Part shown: piece by piece, positions 61,763-64,000 of the stretch
How the letters are laid out: each line of letters begins with the position of its first letter
Numbering within the stretch: position 1 is the first letter of the stretch
Source: an uncultured Puniceicoccaceae bacterium
Lineage (GTDB): Bacteria > Verrucomicrobiota > Verrucomicrobiia > Opitutales > Coraliomargaritaceae
Assembly: GCA_905479975.1 (NCBI GenBank)
Contig: CAJQOS010000025.1
Span: forward strand, 25-64,024
Length of the DNA stretch: 64,000 nt
Reading direction: 5' to 3'
Notes under the pieces: generated by a model
What the model was told of the DNA's origin: nothing
Databases searched by the model: none
Seen by the model: the letters and a program-made list of their open reading frames with translations, nothing else
Position numbers and translations under genes: made by a program

Positions 61763-64000
61763 TTGAATACACTGCAAAACATCGCCATTTCCGCCTCTGC
61801 CGGATCAGGTAAGACCTATACTCTTACGAATCGCTTCATCTATTTGTTGCACGCCTTCGAGCAACCCGAGCGCATCATCGCACTGACGTTTACCCGCACC
61901 GCTGCGGGCGAGTTCTTCCACAAGATCATCGAGAAACTCTGCGATGCCGCCGAAGATCCAAGCAAAGCCGCCGCACTCTCCAAGGAGCTCGCAATCACTG
62001 CTGATTGCGTGCGCTACCACCACCTGCTGCAATTGCTGATCCACAGCATGCATCGGCTCAACTTACAGACACTCGACAGCTTCTTCTTTCGTGTCGTCTC
62101 CGCCTTTGCCCTGGAACTCGGCCTCTCCGGCAGCCTCAACCTGCTCGACGAAAGCAGCGAGCCGCGCATGCGCAACGAAGTGCGCGACAGTATCGTGCAC
62201 CGCCCCGGCGAACTGACCACCGAGCTCAACGAATTTTGGCACGCATTCAAGCAAGCCACCTATGGCCAGGAAGCCCGCAGCATCGAGAAAGTTGTCTCCG
62301 ATTTTATCGAGCAACTCTACGCGCTCTTCCTCGACACACCCGATGCGAATCGCTGGGGCAATCCCCTACAAATCTGGCCGCAAGGCTGCCCGTGGCAAAC
62401 CAGCGCGCATCCCGACTGGGATCAACTCGCAAGCAACCTACTCGCAGCCCTGCCCGAGGATCTCGGCAAAGCACAGATCAACGATTTTAACTCTGCGGCC
62501 AACGCGATCCGTAACTACGGCGCCAACGAAAAGCTCAACGCCTTACTCACCAAAGCCCTCGCTGCCGCACCCGACATCCTCGCTGGCAGCGCCACCATCA
62601 AAGTCCGCAAAGAACTCCCACTGAGCGGAGCCCTCTGCGCTGCCCTCGCCGACTGCCTGCGCGCCATCGTCTGGCACCATCTCAAGCGCGCGCTGGAAAA
62701 CACCCAAGGTGTGCACCGCATCCTTCAGGCCTACCACGAAAATTACGATCGTATCGTGCGCCGCCCCGGTCGCCTCGCCTTTGCCGATCTCACGCATTTG
62801 CTCTCCCCCGATGCGGAGGGCTCGCCTATGGGCGTGGACGACGAACTGACGCGCCAGCTGATGGACTTCCGCCTCGACGGACAATTTGACCATTGGTTGT
62901 TCGACGAGTTTCAAGACACCAGCCGCCCACAATGGGAAGTCGTTGCCAACCTGATCGATGAGATCGTGCAAGATGGCTCTGGTGAGCGCTCCTTCTTCTA
63001 CGTAGGCGATACCAAGCAATGCCTCTACCTCTGGCGCAACAGCGACGACCGCCTCTTCCACGACATCCAGACACACTATAACTCCGGCGGCATCGAGCGC
63101 ATCGCTAAGCAACCGCTCTCGATGTCGTGGCGCTCTGCCCCCCCGATTCTGGATGCGGTCAACGAAGCCTTTAAGGACAACGCCCTGATCGGCGAAGTCT
63201 TCTCCACCGACGCAGCAGCACGCTGGGCGCGCGCATGGCAAACGCACGAAGCCTCGCCCGCCACCGAGAACTTGAGCGGATTCAGTTGCTGGATCGAAGC
63301 CAAGAAAAGCGACAGCCCCACCCGCAACGAACTGATCTTAAAAATCCTGCAAGACCTCAATCCGATCGAACGCGGGATGAGCGTCGGCGTGCTGGTGCGT
63401 AAGAATGCCGATGCCAACGAAGTGGCGGACTACCTGCGCGAAAACTGCAGCCTCCCGATCCATACCGGCTCAGCGATCAAACCCGCAGTCGACAATTCCG
63501 CTGGCGCTGCCCTGCTCGCACTGCTCAGCCTCGCCGCTCACCCGGGCGACAGACATGCACGCGGCTACCTCAACTTAATCGACGCCTCCACCGAGGGCGC
63601 ACCACTCGCGAAAGCCACCGAAGGACTGCGCACACGCCTACTCTCAGATAGTAATGAAAGCGCGGTGCGCTGGGCAGCCGAGCAAATCATCGAGCACTTA
63701 CCACAGGACGACACACGTCACCGCGAACGTCTCAACCGACTCATTGACAAAGCACGCTGCTTCGACAGCGAAGAGCGCCGCGACATCGACGGACTGATTC
63801 ACTTCCTGCGCAACAGCAGCAGTGGCGAATGCCACGCCGGCGAAGCCGTGATCATCGAAACGATCCACAAATCCAAAGGCCTCGAATACGACGTCGTAAT
63901 CCTCGTCAACGAAGACAAGACCTCGCGCAGCGAAACACGCATTAGCCCCCTGCTCGACCCGCAAGGCAAAGCCGACTGGATTATGGAGCCGATCAAGAAG
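61763..64000 (+). CDS. addA: AddA/RecB-like UvrD helicase (partial, runs off the right edge; absent from the ORF track)
   Basis: TTG start; ASAGSGKT, LTFTR, DEFQDTS, VGDTKQ..Y.WR, SWRS, TIHKSKGLEYDVV. Confidence 0.9.
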   Translation, partial: MNTLQNIAISASAGSGKTYTLTNRFIYLLHAFEQPERIIALTFTRTAAGEFFHKIIEKLCDAAEDPSKAAALSKELAITADCVRYHHLLQLLIHSMHRLNLQTLDSFFFRVVSAFALELGLSGSLNLLDESSEPRMRNEVRDSIVHRPGELTTELNEFWHAFKQATYGQEARSIEKVVSDFIEQLYALFLDTPDANRWGNPLQIWPQGCPWQTSAHPDWDQLASNLLAALPEDLGKAQINDFNSAANAIRNYGANEKLNALLTKALAAAPDILAGSATIKVRKELPLSGALCAALADCLRAIVWHHLKRALENTQGVHRILQAYHENYDRIVRRPGRLAFADLTHLLSPDAEGSPMGVDDELTRQLMDFRLDGQFDHWLFDEFQDTSRPQWEVVANLIDEIVQDGSGERSFFYVGDTKQCLYLWRNSDDRLFHDIQTHYNSGGIERIAKQPLSMSWRSAPPILDAVNEAFKDNALIGEVFSTDAAARWARAWQTHEASPATENLSGFSCWIEAKKSDSPTRNELILKILQDLNPIERGMSVGVLVRKNADANEVADYLRENCSLPIHTGSAIKPAVDNSAGAALLALLSLAAHPGDRHARGYLNLIDASTEGAPLAKATEGLRTRLLSDSNESAVRWAAEQIIEHLPQDDTRHRERLNRLIDKARCFDSEERRDIDGLIHFLRNSSSGECHAGEAVIIETIHKSKGLEYDVVILVNEDKTSRSETRISPLLDPQGKADWIMEPIKK

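Overview
Bacterial chromosome segment, most likely a Verrucomicrobiota/Opitutales organism. This is inferred from gene content and style; no rRNA is present to confirm it. Layout: 1-9.5 kb, large secreted proteins (PA14/cadherin/jelly-roll protein, TIGR02597-like protein, polysaccharide-lyase-like protein). 9.5-10.5 kb, a scar region with gene remnants and a possible IS110-type non-coding end. 10.5-29.6 kb, a minus-strand Wzx/Wzy exopolysaccharide/capsule cluster (OM barrel, wza, wzc, wzx, wzy, glycosyltransferases, a CDP-sugar module). 30-48 kb, housekeeping genes (purD, leuB, alaS, xseA, proA, DEAD-box helicase, tRNA-Phe) with a GxxExxY gene enclosed by inverted repeats between leuB and alaS. 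48-52.5 kb, an RND efflux pair. 53.3-57.4 kb, a pilin-like cassette behind a long AT-rich spacer. 57.4-64 kb, a mini-kinase/PP2C pair, sigma54-driven type II glutamine synthetase, REP-like doublets, a permuted NlpC/P60 protein and an AddA-like helicase running off the right edge. No CRISPR array, rRNA, integrase or intact transposase was seen. All family calls come from motif recognition by eye; no database searches were run.
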